A stretch of 60,251 nt of DNA, taken from contig JAHLVW010000051.1 of the NCBI GenBank assembly GCA_019058275.1, positions 1-60,251 on the forward strand, given 5' to 3'. The position numbers and the translations under genes were made by a program. Shown one piece after another: positions 51,101 to 60,251 of the stretch; within the stretch, counting starts at the first letter, position 1, and each line of letters begins with the position of its first letter. This DNA is from Candidatus Heimdallarchaeota archaeon (lineage in GTDB: Archaea; Asgardarchaeota; Heimdallarchaeia; JABLTI01). The notes beneath the pieces were generated by a model that saw nothing but the letters and a program-made list of their open reading frames with translations, had not been told where the DNA came from and did not search any database.

Positions 51101-51940
51101 CTAATCCTCAAATTTCTTGTACATTCTTAAAACCTGGGAAAGAGCAATTGGTTTTCCATTAACTAAAGTATTAATCTCAGTTTCTTCAGCTAAACCACTG
51201 CTATGGAGCTTTGGGAGAAAAACTTCTTCGACTTGGAAAACTCCTGCTTCAGAGAGCATCATTATATTAATTCTAAGAGGTTTATTTTTATTTCCTTTAG
51301 TTATTTCGACACGCTGAATGCTCAAAGCTGAAATGGAATGGATATCAATTTTTCCCATATCATACGGTTTGCGACTACGTCCCTCGCACATGTCTAGTCC
51401 GTCAGCAATAGTAACAAAACCTGCTTCTGGTGTTAAACATTTAATATCCTCATCATGGGCTAATATTGCATGTTGAATGTGTGATAGAATATCTAGTCTT
51501 TTTTCTGCATTAGGATACATCTTTTTCAATTTACCATAAAGAAGATCTTTTGCCATAAGAGATGATGATAACTCATGAAAATGCCTGTGGATGACATGAC
51601 CAACATCGTGAAGGTAGCAGGCTGCAAGGCATAATACTGCAACATCATCTAAATCACCAATATCCTGCTTAATAATGGCTGGTTGTATTTCTTCACTTAT
51701 TACTTCAAGAATTTGTAGAAGATTTCTACATACAATTGTTACATGGTCTAATCCGTGGTCAGTGTATCCTAGGTACTTGACTGCTAACCGATTTGATGCC
51801 TTAATTGAACCTTGTATTTCGGAAGCAGTGGTTAGAAAATTCCACATACCCTTTCCTTTCTTAAATCCTTGTTGATCCAATAATTCAGTTACTTCTTGAG
51901 AGACTTTAGCTCTGTCTACTACTTGCAATTTTTTCCTCAC
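51101..51940 (-). CDS. HD-domain phosphohydrolase
   Basis: DHGLDH, LHDVGH, ADGLDM, IHSISA. Confidence 0.85.
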   Translation of the reverse strand: MRKKLQVVDRAKVSQEVTELLDQQGFKKGKGMWNFLTTASEIQGSIKASNRLAVKYLGYTDHGLDHVTIVCRNLLQILEVISEEIQPAIIKQDIGDLDDVAVLCLAACYLHDVGHVIHRHFHELSSSLMAKDLLYGKLKKMYPNAEKRLDILSHIQHAILAHDEDIKCLTPEAGFVTIADGLDMCEGRSRKPYDMGKIDIHSISALSIQRVEITKGNKNKPLRINIMMLSEAGVFQVEEVFLPKLHSSGLAEETEINTLVNGKPIALSQVLRMYKKFED

Positions 51941-52195
51941 CTGTTAAGCAAATACTAGATAATTGATAGAAGAAGTTTTATTCTTCAAGTATTTTTACTA
52001 TTCGATAGGGGAAGGATAACGAAAAAGAGTGTAAAAAACGAGTTTTTCAACAAAAAACTCACAAATAAACTAGAAATAAGCGCCTCAACAAGAAAAAATG
52101 GTTGATTATTTGAGCAATAAAATGTCACTTTCGAAACTCTTTTTTTATGTTAATTTACTATTTATGTGGAATCAGAAAAGAAAACGTGAATAAAT

Positions 52196-52912
52196 ATGTT
52201 AGTAGAATGTTATCTTGTAGACGAAGAAGGCGGAGAAAATAAAGTAGAACCCAGTGAACTGAAGATTACTCATAAGACCTTACTTATTATTGTACATCAC
52301 GATGACCATTATATCTATGTCTTCAAAGGAGCAAATGTTTCCATAGTTCAGAAGTTCGCTTCTGCTAGAAGAGCATCTGGCATGAGATTACAACATGGTT
52401 ATAAAATTAGGCATATTGAAGAAGCAGAAGGAATGACTGAAGCAGATCTTGAACTTTTAGCGCACTTTGGTGGAATTATTGATGATGCAGGAGCACCTGT
52501 AAAAGTAGCAAAGGAAAAAGCTGTTCCAGCTAAACTCAAAACACCAAAAGCTCCTCCTATGAAAACATTTGCAGCTAAAAAAACAACCACTACAACAACA
52601 AAGAAACCAGCTGCAGTAAAAGTAAAAACAAAAGCTATAGCACTTGAAGATCTACCACCTAAATTATCTAAAGTAGTCAAGACAATGATGAGTTTGGAAC
52701 CACCTGAGGGATCCAGTTGTGATTATATTTTAGCAGGTACAAAATTATACATCATTCTTGGTGAAAATAAAACTGATTTAAGAAAGGGACACTTCAAATT
52801 AGAAGAAATCTCAACACTACCAGAAGGAGTTTTTCCAGCAGAGAATTACTATCCAAGAATTTTGGTAGCAAATCAGAAAGTCTTAGGAGTCGAATTGTGG
52901 GCTCGACGTTAA
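52196..52912 (+). CDS. Gelsolin-like domain + Lys/Thr-rich linker + unknown C-terminal domain
   Basis: LLIIVHHDDHYIYVFKGANVSIVQKFASARRA matches the gelsolin-repeat pattern. Confidence 0.65.
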   Translation: MLVECYLVDEEGGENKVEPSELKITHKTLLIIVHHDDHYIYVFKGANVSIVQKFASARRASGMRLQHGYKIRHIEEAEGMTEADLELLAHFGGIIDDAGAPVKVAKEKAVPAKLKTPKAPPMKTFAAKKTTTTTTKKPAAVKVKTKAIALEDLPPKLSKVVKTMMSLEPPEGSSCDYILAGTKLYIILGENKTDLRKGHFKLEEISTLPEGVFPAENYYPRILVANQKVLGVELWARR

Positions 52913-53018
52913 TTAAGGAATTTGAAGATATTCAAAATGTCATATAACAAATGACTAATATAATAAATAAGCTACAATTGTAACAGTTGAATAGATCAAA
53001 AGTAAGGAGAGGAACAAG

Positions 53019-53627
53019 ATTTCAAAACCAAGAGTACCAAGATATAAGCACTTGTTTAAGGTAATTATAGTTGGTGCTGGAAAAGTAGGAAAGACAAGTT
53101 TAACAATACGATTTGCAGAAGATCGTTTTAGGGAGTCTTATCTACCTACACTTGGAGTAGATTTCTTAGCTAAGAGCCTCACAATCAATGATGCAATAAT
53201 TAAACTACAATTGTGGGATACTGGAGGACAAGAATTCGTAATGTCTCTCCTACCTTTCTATTTCTCAGGAGCAGCAGCAGGAGTTTTAGTTTATGATATA
53301 ACCAATAGAAACTCATTCAATAGTTTAGATTATTGGCTAAAACAAATCCGACAGAATGCTGGAAATGTTCCTGTTGTTCTAGTAGGTAACAAAATTGACA
53401 TTGCTGATCAAAGGAAAGTATCATCAGAAGAAGCACAAACTTTTGCTACTAAGAAAAACCTCATTTATTTGGAAACTTCAGCAAAAACAGGTGTACGCGT
53501 ACCGGATCTCTTTGAAGGTCTTGTTAAAGTAATTATGGATAATGAAGCCAAAAAAGTTAAACAAAAAGAAAAAGCTGATAAACCAGCAGAGGAAGAAGAC
53601 GAGTTTAATTTCTGGCAAAAAGCGTAA
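53019..53627 (+). CDS. Rab-like small GTPase
   Basis: GAGKVGKT, PTLGVDF, WDTGGQE, NKID, ETSAK; no CAAX; start either ATT 53019 (SD GGAGAGG) or TTG 53052. Confidence 0.92.
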   Translation: MSKPRVPRYKHLFKVIIVGAGKVGKTSLTIRFAEDRFRESYLPTLGVDFLAKSLTINDAIIKLQLWDTGGQEFVMSLLPFYFSGAAAGVLVYDITNRNSFNSLDYWLKQIRQNAGNVPVVLVGNKIDIADQRKVSSEEAQTFATKKNLIYLETSAKTGVRVPDLFEGLVKVIMDNEAKKVKQKEKADKPAEEEDEFNFWQKA

Positions 53628-53642
53628 TTCAAAAATAGCTTC

Positions 53643-54440
53643 TTATTTTGGTAATTTTACATCTTTAATTGATTTTGCTTTTACCCAAATGGTTTCACTA
53701 AAACGTTCCCACAACTCAGCGAAACTCTGATTATCAGACCAAGTTGCCATGATTCCTAATTCGATTCCTCCTTCAAGTTGAGCATAAGTGCCTTGGAGGA
53801 TTTCTTTGGAGTCAATAATTACCCAGATGGCGTGAAAATTCTCAGAGATACGAACTTGAGTAAATTTAGACAGTGCTTTTAGGACATTAACTTCATTTGG
53901 GTTATCGATACCATCTTCACCGGTTAATATCTTGATGCTTTTCAAATGACCACTAGCTTCATTTAAAACTTGATCAATACCATAAAGGTGTAAATCAAAG
54001 GGACTATCAATGCCAATATAAACATCTTCATTAGCGTCCATAACCATCTCTTTTATTTTGCTAAAGACTGCTTGTGAACCTCGTAAAATCCACATTTCAG
54101 GAATGAAAGTTTTTTTGCTTCGCTCATATAAAGCAAATAATTTATCCTCAGTTTTTTTAAAAGCTTGCTCATAATCATTCCTCATGTCTTTCATTACTGA
54201 ATCAGGTGAACGAGGACGATAACGATTTGTACTAGTATCACTCTCTTGAGCAAGAACTAATCCCTTTTTCTTCAAACTATCTATAACAGAATAAACTTTG
54301 TTTGGAGGTACACCGCTAGCTTGTGAAATTTCAGAAGCTGTAGCTACACCTAGACCAACTAAAGCAGTATAGATCTTTGCTTGGTATTCATTGAAGCCTA
54401 ATTTTTTTAGTTCTTCAATTATTTCTGCGGTGAAGCTCAT
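53643..54440 (-). CDS. TrmB-family transcriptional regulator
   Basis: LGFNEYQAKIYTAL...SGVPPNKVYSVIDSL HTH; PLD-like effector domain. Confidence 0.9.
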   Translation of the reverse strand: MSFTAEIIEELKKLGFNEYQAKIYTALVGLGVATASEISQASGVPPNKVYSVIDSLKKKGLVLAQESDTSTNRYRPRSPDSVMKDMRNDYEQAFKKTEDKLFALYERSKKTFIPEMWILRGSQAVFSKIKEMVMDANEDVYIGIDSPFDLHLYGIDQVLNEASGHLKSIKILTGEDGIDNPNEVNVLKALSKFTQVRISENFHAIWVIIDSKEILQGTYAQLEGGIELGIMATWSDNQSFAELWERFSETIWVKAKSIKDVKLPK

Positions 54441-54672
54441 TCATTTACCACCATGGTAGTATATGGACTCCTACCATAAAAGCATTTTCGTTTAAAATAG
54501 TTGCGAAAAGAACAAAATTTAAGGGAAAAAACAGCAAAAACCAGCCTATATGATAAGAAAAAATATCATACATTGGTAATAGCTTGGCAATATTGGCATA
54601 TACTTGTAAAGGTACTTGTACGACTATATCGGTAATATCGGACTTTATAATAGAATGAGGAGAATAGTAACA

Positions 54673-54768
54673 TACCTCACCTCGATAACTGTCCCCCTAA
54701 TAGGGGACCAGTCCTCCACTACATCCAAAGGGAGGGAACTTCTTTATCCCTCCCCCTTAACCCCTTTG
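54673..54768 (+). ncRNA. Candidate small RNA (two GC hairpins, anti-SD-like tracts)
   Basis: TTTATAA at 54644-54650; stems 54688-54712 and 54730-54754; CCTCACCTC and CCTCC outside the stems; strand uncertain. Confidence 0.4.
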
Positions 54769-54812
54769 TCAAAATCAGCTTAGCCTAAATGAAAAGAAAA
54801 AGAGAAAAAAAA

Positions 54813-55724
54813 CTACATTGAAGCAATCGTCTTTTCCCAATCTTGCATGGCTTTTTTGAGATTATCAATGGAACTTATACCACGTTTCCAACGACGATAT
54901 TCTACTTGCATTTCATAGAATACTCGAGAGTGAGGTATTAAATCCATTAACTGTTCTCTTAGGTTAAGAATCTCCATTTTAATGTCGTCTTCACCAATCT
55001 TGGACTTCAATTTCTTTTTAAAATCATCAAAGAGCTTGGCTATAGTTGGATCAAGTTCTTTGATTTTGGGTTCTGGTTTAGGTTCAGGTGTTGGTGTAGC
55101 AACAACGGCTGTTGGTTTGATTTCATCCTTTGCAGGAGTAATTTCTTCTTGTTGAACAGCTTTCTGAGAAACAGCTGTTTTTGATGCTTCATTAATTGCT
55201 TTCGTAATTTCGCTAACATCAATATTATGTTCAGTAAGAAGATCTCGTAAACGATTGTTCACCATTTCTGATTGTTCAAGGAAAGTTTCTATCCTATCGA
55301 TTTCCTCCTTCAAATATTCAATCTGTCTACTCAAAATGTCTGTATCACCAGTTGATGCTGTTACTGTTGGAGCTGCTGAAACTGGACTTTCTTCAGCTTT
55401 TGGTTCATCCATAGTAGTAGCAAAATTTGGAGGTGCAGGAGCAGAACCTGCATTAGAAGGTTTTTCGGGTTTTGCTTCAATTGTATCTTTTTTAAATTGG
55501 CTTAATTTCTCTTGTAGCTGCTTTTTGGAGTCAGCTATTACTTTCCTAATATCTGAGACAGTATCTTGAGCTTCTTCCTCAAGTTCAGTTGTCCCTTGTT
55601 TAGAATCTGAAAGTAGCATAGCATTTCTTAAATCACGATTTTTCTCACGTAAAACCTTAGTTTGATTTCTATAAAATGCTAGTTCTTTTTTCATTTCTTC
55701 AGTGTCAATTTCTTTTTCGCTCAA
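54813..55724 (-). CDS. Coiled-coil protein with low-complexity linkers
   Basis: Heptad-rich segments separated by Pro/Ala/Thr-rich linkers; helical C-terminal domain. Confidence 0.7.
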   Translation of the reverse strand: MSEKEIDTEEMKKELAFYRNQTKVLREKNRDLRNAMLLSDSKQGTTELEEEAQDTVSDIRKVIADSKKQLQEKLSQFKKDTIEAKPEKPSNAGSAPAPPNFATTMDEPKAEESPVSAAPTVTASTGDTDILSRQIEYLKEEIDRIETFLEQSEMVNNRLRDLLTEHNIDVSEITKAINEASKTAVSQKAVQQEEITPAKDEIKPTAVVATPTPEPKPEPKIKELDPTIAKLFDDFKKKLKSKIGEDDIKMEILNLREQLMDLIPHSRVFYEMQVEYRRWKRGISSIDNLKKAMQDWEKTIASM

Positions 55725-55867
55725 TACAATCGATCATCCTATAAATTAATGAAATGAACAATAATGTTTGAATTATTTTAGCTGATAATAATATAAGTGT
55801 AAAATAATGTTTTCGTTAGAGCTATAAAAAGCTTCCAAATACAAAAAGTAGTTATTTTCGTGTAAAT

Positions 55868-56881
55868 TTATTCACTAGTCCAGAGTTTTCCACCAGACAA
55901 CAAATAAGCAAAAACAGTAGCTGCGATGATATCTGCTGTGGTTCCGGGATTGACTTTTTCGATTTCTTCCCTAAGTTCTATATCCAATTCTTCTAGTTCT
56001 CTTCTTCCATCCACCGTTAAAGCTCCACCAGCTTTAATGATAGTTGTTGCTCGTTGTGAGATTCCTTGTGCAACTTGTTTACCAAATTTCCTAATGATTA
56101 ACGTGTCGGGATGTTTTGAAAGAATAGCAAGATAAGCATCAATAATTGCTAAATTTATGTCTTTACTAATAATCATTGAATTATTTAGAGTAGCTAAACC
56201 CACATCAAAGGTTATTGGATAACCTAATGCCATTTCATGACAGATATTATCCCAACCTTTGCAAATATCCATCAATTTTAGCAAGTTAACATTATCAGAT
56301 TCTAGTTCTTCTCGAAGGTTTGATTGATTAACATCATAATTATCAGCTCCACCTAAACCACCTGGTGAAACAAAAGCTATCGCTTCTGAAACAAAGATGG
56401 AATCATCTACAGAAGTGTTATTCATTACCTCAAGAACATTCTTTTGTAATACATTAATATCACAAACAAGATTATCTTCATGAATACTCATACCAGCAGC
56501 AACGCTCAGAGGAGAGAGGAGGAGAATAATCCCTAAATTGGTGTTTACACGCTGATGGAACAAATTGCTTTGTTTGACAGCTTTATGTATAGTTTTGCCT
56601 AATTCCAATTGAAACCAATCAATCTTTTCCTCTTTTAGAAGAATGCCTTTCATAGCAAGTTCTTCAAGCCAAATACCAAAAGAAATGCTGGAAGATAAGA
56701 AATCCTCATACCTTGTATCATGAAAATCTCTAAAGCGATGTACATTTCCAGGTTTTGGAGTAGCACTAACTTCAAGGAGACACGCCAATTCTCCACACAT
56801 ACGAACTTGATTTGCTAGACGTCTGAATTTATTAGTATTGGAAAACATTACCTTCAAGTAAGTTAATAGTATTCGATTCAT
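55868..56881 (-). CDS. citG: Triphosphoribosyl-dephospho-CoA synthase CitG family
   Basis: LEVSATPKPGNVHR, NTNLGIILL, DTLIIRK, NPGTTAD. Confidence 0.85.
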   Translation of the reverse strand: MNRILLTYLKVMFSNTNKFRRLANQVRMCGELACLLEVSATPKPGNVHRFRDFHDTRYEDFLSSSISFGIWLEELAMKGILLKEEKIDWFQLELGKTIHKAVKQSNLFHQRVNTNLGIILLLSPLSVAAGMSIHEDNLVCDINVLQKNVLEVMNNTSVDDSIFVSEAIAFVSPGGLGGADNYDVNQSNLREELESDNVNLLKLMDICKGWDNICHEMALGYPITFDVGLATLNNSMIISKDINLAIIDAYLAILSKHPDTLIIRKFGKQVAQGISQRATTIIKAGGALTVDGRRELEELDIELREEIEKVNPGTTADIIAATVFAYLLSGGKLWTSE

Positions 56882-56924
56882 AAAAATTTTTTACTTAAAA
56901 ATTGAAGAAAAAAGCTATTTTACT

Positions 56925-57797
56925 ATGAGGGGAATAATAAACAAGGAAAAAGAATTGAAGGTGAGAGAAATGAAGGATTTGAATTTACAATCAACTGCTG
57001 AATTGAATAATGGAGTGAAAATTCCTTTGCTTGGTTTGGGTACCTACAAAGCAACAGGAGATAGATGCTACACAGCAATTCGTCATGCAATAAAGATAGG
57101 ATACCGTCACATTGATACAGCATCGTTGTATGAAAATGAGGAAGAGATTGGTAAAGCAATAAGACATTGTGATGAACCTCGAGAAGAAATCTTTGTAACA
57201 ACAAAATTGTGGAATTCTGATCACGGTTATGAAAAGGCAAAAGCAGCATTTGAAGCAAGCCTAGAAAGATTAGGATTAGAATATATTGATTTGTATTTGA
57301 TTCATAGGCCAGTTCAAGAGCTAAGATTAGAATCATGGAGAGCATTAGAAGAATTATACAAAGAAGGAAAATGCAAAGTTATTGGTGTAAGTAACTATAT
57401 GGAATGGCATTTAGAGGAGTTATTGAAAGAAGCAAAAGTTGTTCCAGTGGTCAATCAAGTGGAGTTCAGTCCTTACCTATATTTGAAAGAATTGCAAGAT
57501 TACTGCATGGCAAAGAAAATTTGGATACAAGCATATAGTCCATTAACAAAAGGCAGAATGCTCAATGATCCTCCGTTGATGGAAATAGCTAAGAAATACC
57601 AAAAATCAACTGCACAAATACTTATTCGCTGGAGCTTACAAAGAGATACAATTGTTCTACCAAAATCAGCAAATCATAACAATATATCTGAGAATATGGA
57701 AATCTACGATTTTGAAATATCAAATGATGATATGAAAACTTTAGATGCTTTCCATTGCAATATGAGGACTACTCGGGATCCATCAACCGCTCCATAG
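56925..57797 (+). CDS. Aldo/keto reductase
   Basis: LGLGT, GYRHIDTA, FVTTKLW, DLYLIH, IGVSN, AYSPL, LPKS. Confidence 0.95.
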   Translation: MRGIINKEKELKVREMKDLNLQSTAELNNGVKIPLLGLGTYKATGDRCYTAIRHAIKIGYRHIDTASLYENEEEIGKAIRHCDEPREEIFVTTKLWNSDHGYEKAKAAFEASLERLGLEYIDLYLIHRPVQELRLESWRALEELYKEGKCKVIGVSNYMEWHLEELLKEAKVVPVVNQVEFSPYLYLKELQDYCMAKKIWIQAYSPLTKGRMLNDPPLMEIAKKYQKSTAQILIRWSLQRDTIVLPKSANHNNISENMEIYDFEISNDDMKTLDAFHCNMRTTRDPSTAP

Positions 57798-58107
57798 AAG
57801 AGATATTTTAGTTGTTAGATTAAAATAGTGAGTTATGCAGGATGCCAGGGTGAGTGGCATTCCCGCAATAATCTGGAAAACCTTATAGGTCTCTAAAAGG
57901 GAGAGATCAACTCGGAATGGTATGAAGGATTTCCTCAAAGAATCAATGCGACCTTTAACTATTTAAAGTACTAAAAGAAGTAAAGTTTGCTCTAATCATA
58001 GACTAATAATTCTGAATATGCTTTTACTTTCAGTTCTCTCTCCAATTCGAGCTTAAATAAGAGAGAGAATCAATACTGGTTGGAGTAATCTCCGGAGACC
58101 AAAAGAA

Positions 58108-58365
58108 ATGTCATCACATCACACATACATACCATGGTTCCAAAGTGATAAAGAGGAAGAACGAAAAATATGGGAAAAAGAAGCACAGGAAATGATGAGA
58201 ACACAAAGACTCTGTGTGAAGTGTGGGCAATTTCACTTGTTCCAATTCATTAAAAAAGAAACATATTATATACACTTAAATTGCCCAAATTGCTTTGAAG
58301 TAATCCAGCTTCCTCGAAAACGTAATCGCATGGAAACAAAATGGGCAAAACCAAAGTGGAAGTAA
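58108..58365 (+). CDS. Small zinc-ribbon protein, copy 2 (full length)
   Basis: CVKC...CPNC; paralogue of 11349-11573. Confidence 0.8.
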   Translation: MSSHHTYIPWFQSDKEEERKIWEKEAQEMMRTQRLCVKCGQFHLFQFIKKETYYIHLNCPNCFEVIQLPRKRNRMETKWAKPKWK

Positions 58366-58405
58366 GGGTAAACACATAGATTGTTAGAAAAAGAGAAACA
58401 GAGAA

Positions 58406-60251
58406 TTAGGTTGCTCCTGATTGTCTTAATTCATCTGCAAGCTCTATTTTCTTGATTCTTCTTACTAACCTTGTTGTAGCTAACCATATTGAGAATAGAG
58501 ATAGGAGTAAAACAATGGGCCAAGTAAACCATGGAACAGATACAGGGACATAGAATTTATCCTCTAACATGTAATCCAAACTTAAACGATAGAATAAATA
58601 GCCAAATGGTATGGTGAGAATAAGACCAAAAATACTCAGTATAGCATTTTCCCAGAAAATCATTCTTCGTATAAATTTCATTTTTGTTCCCATTGCTTTG
58701 AAAGAAAGGAAATCTTGTTGACGATCCACAAATGCCATATACATTGATTGAAAACTAAATATTACTCCAATAGCAATACCTATTGCTAGAAATAAAATCA
58801 TTATGCCCATCATTGCTTCCATTAAGGCTCTAGTTGATTTTAGTGCTACTTCTGCTTCTGTCCATTGATTTATACTAAAAACTTCATCAAAAGCAGTTCT
58901 AAGAGCTGAGAGATTAGTGTTGTCTTCTACAGATAAAACAATGCCATTCACCCACCCTTTTGGTAAACCAAAATAATCAGTTATATTGCTTTGCTGAAAT
59001 GATTCATAAGTCCAAAAAATTGAGTAATCGACTAATTCACCTACAAAACCAGTCACTTCTACTGTATAATTTCCTAAGATACCTATTGTAATATTATCAA
59101 GTAATTCGATGTCATATTTCCCTGCAATAGCGTTTCCTAATAAAACCTTTGTGGATGTCAGATCAGTTTTTTCTTCAACTATTCCTTTGATAACATTATA
59201 GTTTCGTAAGGTAGAATTCTCTTGGTAACACTCTAATTGTGCCCAACTAGCGAACTCTCCTTTATGCGTTACCTTCGTATATAAATTAATGAAAACTTCT
59301 GAGTGAGTGATGTAATTTGTTTCAGAAATTGTTTCATTGTTAACGAAAGAAAGGATTTTCTCTATGGGTTGAGGTATCTCGAGATGTATTTGAACATCGA
59401 ATGTATTAAAGTCTGTAAAATTACTCATCATTATATCATACATGTTATATTCCATAGCTAATGAATCAACCAAGAAAACCATAGATGTGGTGAGAGCAAA
59501 AATTGTGATGAGTGTTTTCTTCTTCTTCATAAACACCTCTCTAAGAGGAACTGACATATGAATTGGTTTAAAGATTGGAATCCAGCCAAAAAGTTTCTCT
59601 GAAATAGATTTACCTTTAGTTTTAATACGAGTAAACACTACGGTCATAGCTTCCCTTGGTGTTACAGTTGTAATTGGCCATGCACTAATTATAGAAGCAA
59701 TTAGACATATGCCAAGAGTAGCTGATCCACCAATTAAGAATTCATTCGGTGGCAGATAAAACGCAAATTCGTGCGTTCCATACATTCTACCAACTATCTT
59801 TGCCATACCATAAGATAGACCATACCCAAGTGGAATGCCTAATAAAATACCAAATACCGCTAATATTAGGGTAATTAGAATATAATGAGTTAGTATTGTA
59901 CGTCTTTTTGAGCCCATTGCGAAAAACAATCCTATGTTTTTTCGTTGTGAATTTACTAATTTCGTAAGAGTGTTAAGAATAATAGTTGCACATACAATCA
60001 TTCCAATTATTCCGAAAATCGATCCCATGCTATCAACTGCACCAGCATCACTAGTAAACATCTTATAATCAGCAGTTTCATCATGAATTTCGAATTTCAA
60101 AGAATTAGCATCAATATTATTACTGGTAAAAATGTATGAAAGCTTGTCTGCAGCAGCAAGAGTCATATCCTTATTGAATCTCTCCTCAACAGTATAGAGT
60201 ATTTGGTTAATCCAAGGATTGCCACCAAACAAGAACTGTTGAATAGTTTCA
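58406..60251 (-). CDS. ABC transporter permease, FtsX-like (5' end outside window)
   Basis: IGLFFAMG and FKAMG coupling motifs, repeated TM blocks; frame open to window edge. Confidence 0.85.
   Translation of the reverse strand, partial: ETIQQFLFGGNPWINQILYTVEERFNKDMTLAAADKLSYIFTSNNIDANSLKFEIHDETADYKMFTSDAGAVDSMGSIFGIIGMIVCATIILNTLTKLVNSQRKNIGLFFAMGSKRRTILTHYILITLILAVFGILLGIPLGYGLSYGMAKIVGRMYGTHEFAFYLPPNEFLIGGSATLGICLIASIISAWPITTVTPREAMTVVFTRIKTKGKSISEKLFGWIPIFKPIHMSVPLREVFMKKKKTLITIFALTTSMVFLVDSLAMEYNMYDIMMSNFTDFNTFDVQIHLEIPQPIEKILSFVNNETISETNYITHSEVFINLYTKVTHKGEFASWAQLECYQENSTLRNYNVIKGIVEEKTDLTSTKVLLGNAIAGKYDIELLDNITIGILGNYTVEVTGFVGELVDYSIFWTYESFQQSNITDYFGLPKGWVNGIVLSVEDNTNLSALRTAFDEVFSINQWTEAEVALKSTRALMEAMMGIMILFLAIGIAIGVIFSFQSMYMAFVDRQQDFLSFKAMGTKMKFIRRMIFWENAILSIFGLILTIPFGYLFYRLSLDYMLEDKFYVPVSVPWFTWPIVLLLSLFSIWLATTRLVRRIKKIELADELRQSGAT

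Noticed and set aside
11349-58365. DGR template/variable repeat pair
   Set aside because: Many differences involve non-A bases and most are synonymous; no reverse transcriptase in the window
1-60251. tRNA, rRNA, SRP RNA, transposase, integrase, intein, and the remaining short antisense/overlapping ORFs in the track
   Set aside because: No recognisable signatures by eye; the short ORFs overlap well-supported genes and lack motifs

Overview
AT-rich archaeal chromosome segment, most consistent with an Asgard (Heimdallarchaeia-like) genome. It has archaeal information-processing genes (eS8, Cdc6/Orc1 with two ORB boxes, GINS, MCM, Hel308) plus eukaryotic-signature-type proteins (gelsolin-like domain, Rab-like GTPase, membrane RING protein). 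The left ~27 kb is accessory. It contains CRISPR-like repeats bracketing an XRE-ImmA/IrrE + PIN pair, a defence-like island (PD-(D/E)xK nuclease, NERD-NACHT STAND protein, Nmad2-like gene), two clostripain-family proteases, at least six genes broken by single in-frame stops, and a 1.8 kb insert that duplicates the 3' end of a NUDIX gene. The right ~33 kb is mostly intact housekeeping genes. The best candidate for a new system is an unannotated 46-aa secreted, Gly-tailed peptide gene (21320-21460) convergent with a 578-aa regulator (degenerate zincin-like N-domain plus tandem Lrp-like units), an arrangement resembling peptide-signal/receptor pairs. Other leads are a three-member small zinc-ribbon family, a possible translational switch ahead of the DRG GTPase, and a candidate sRNA with anti-SD motifs. 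All product calls come from reading motifs by eye; no database searches were run.
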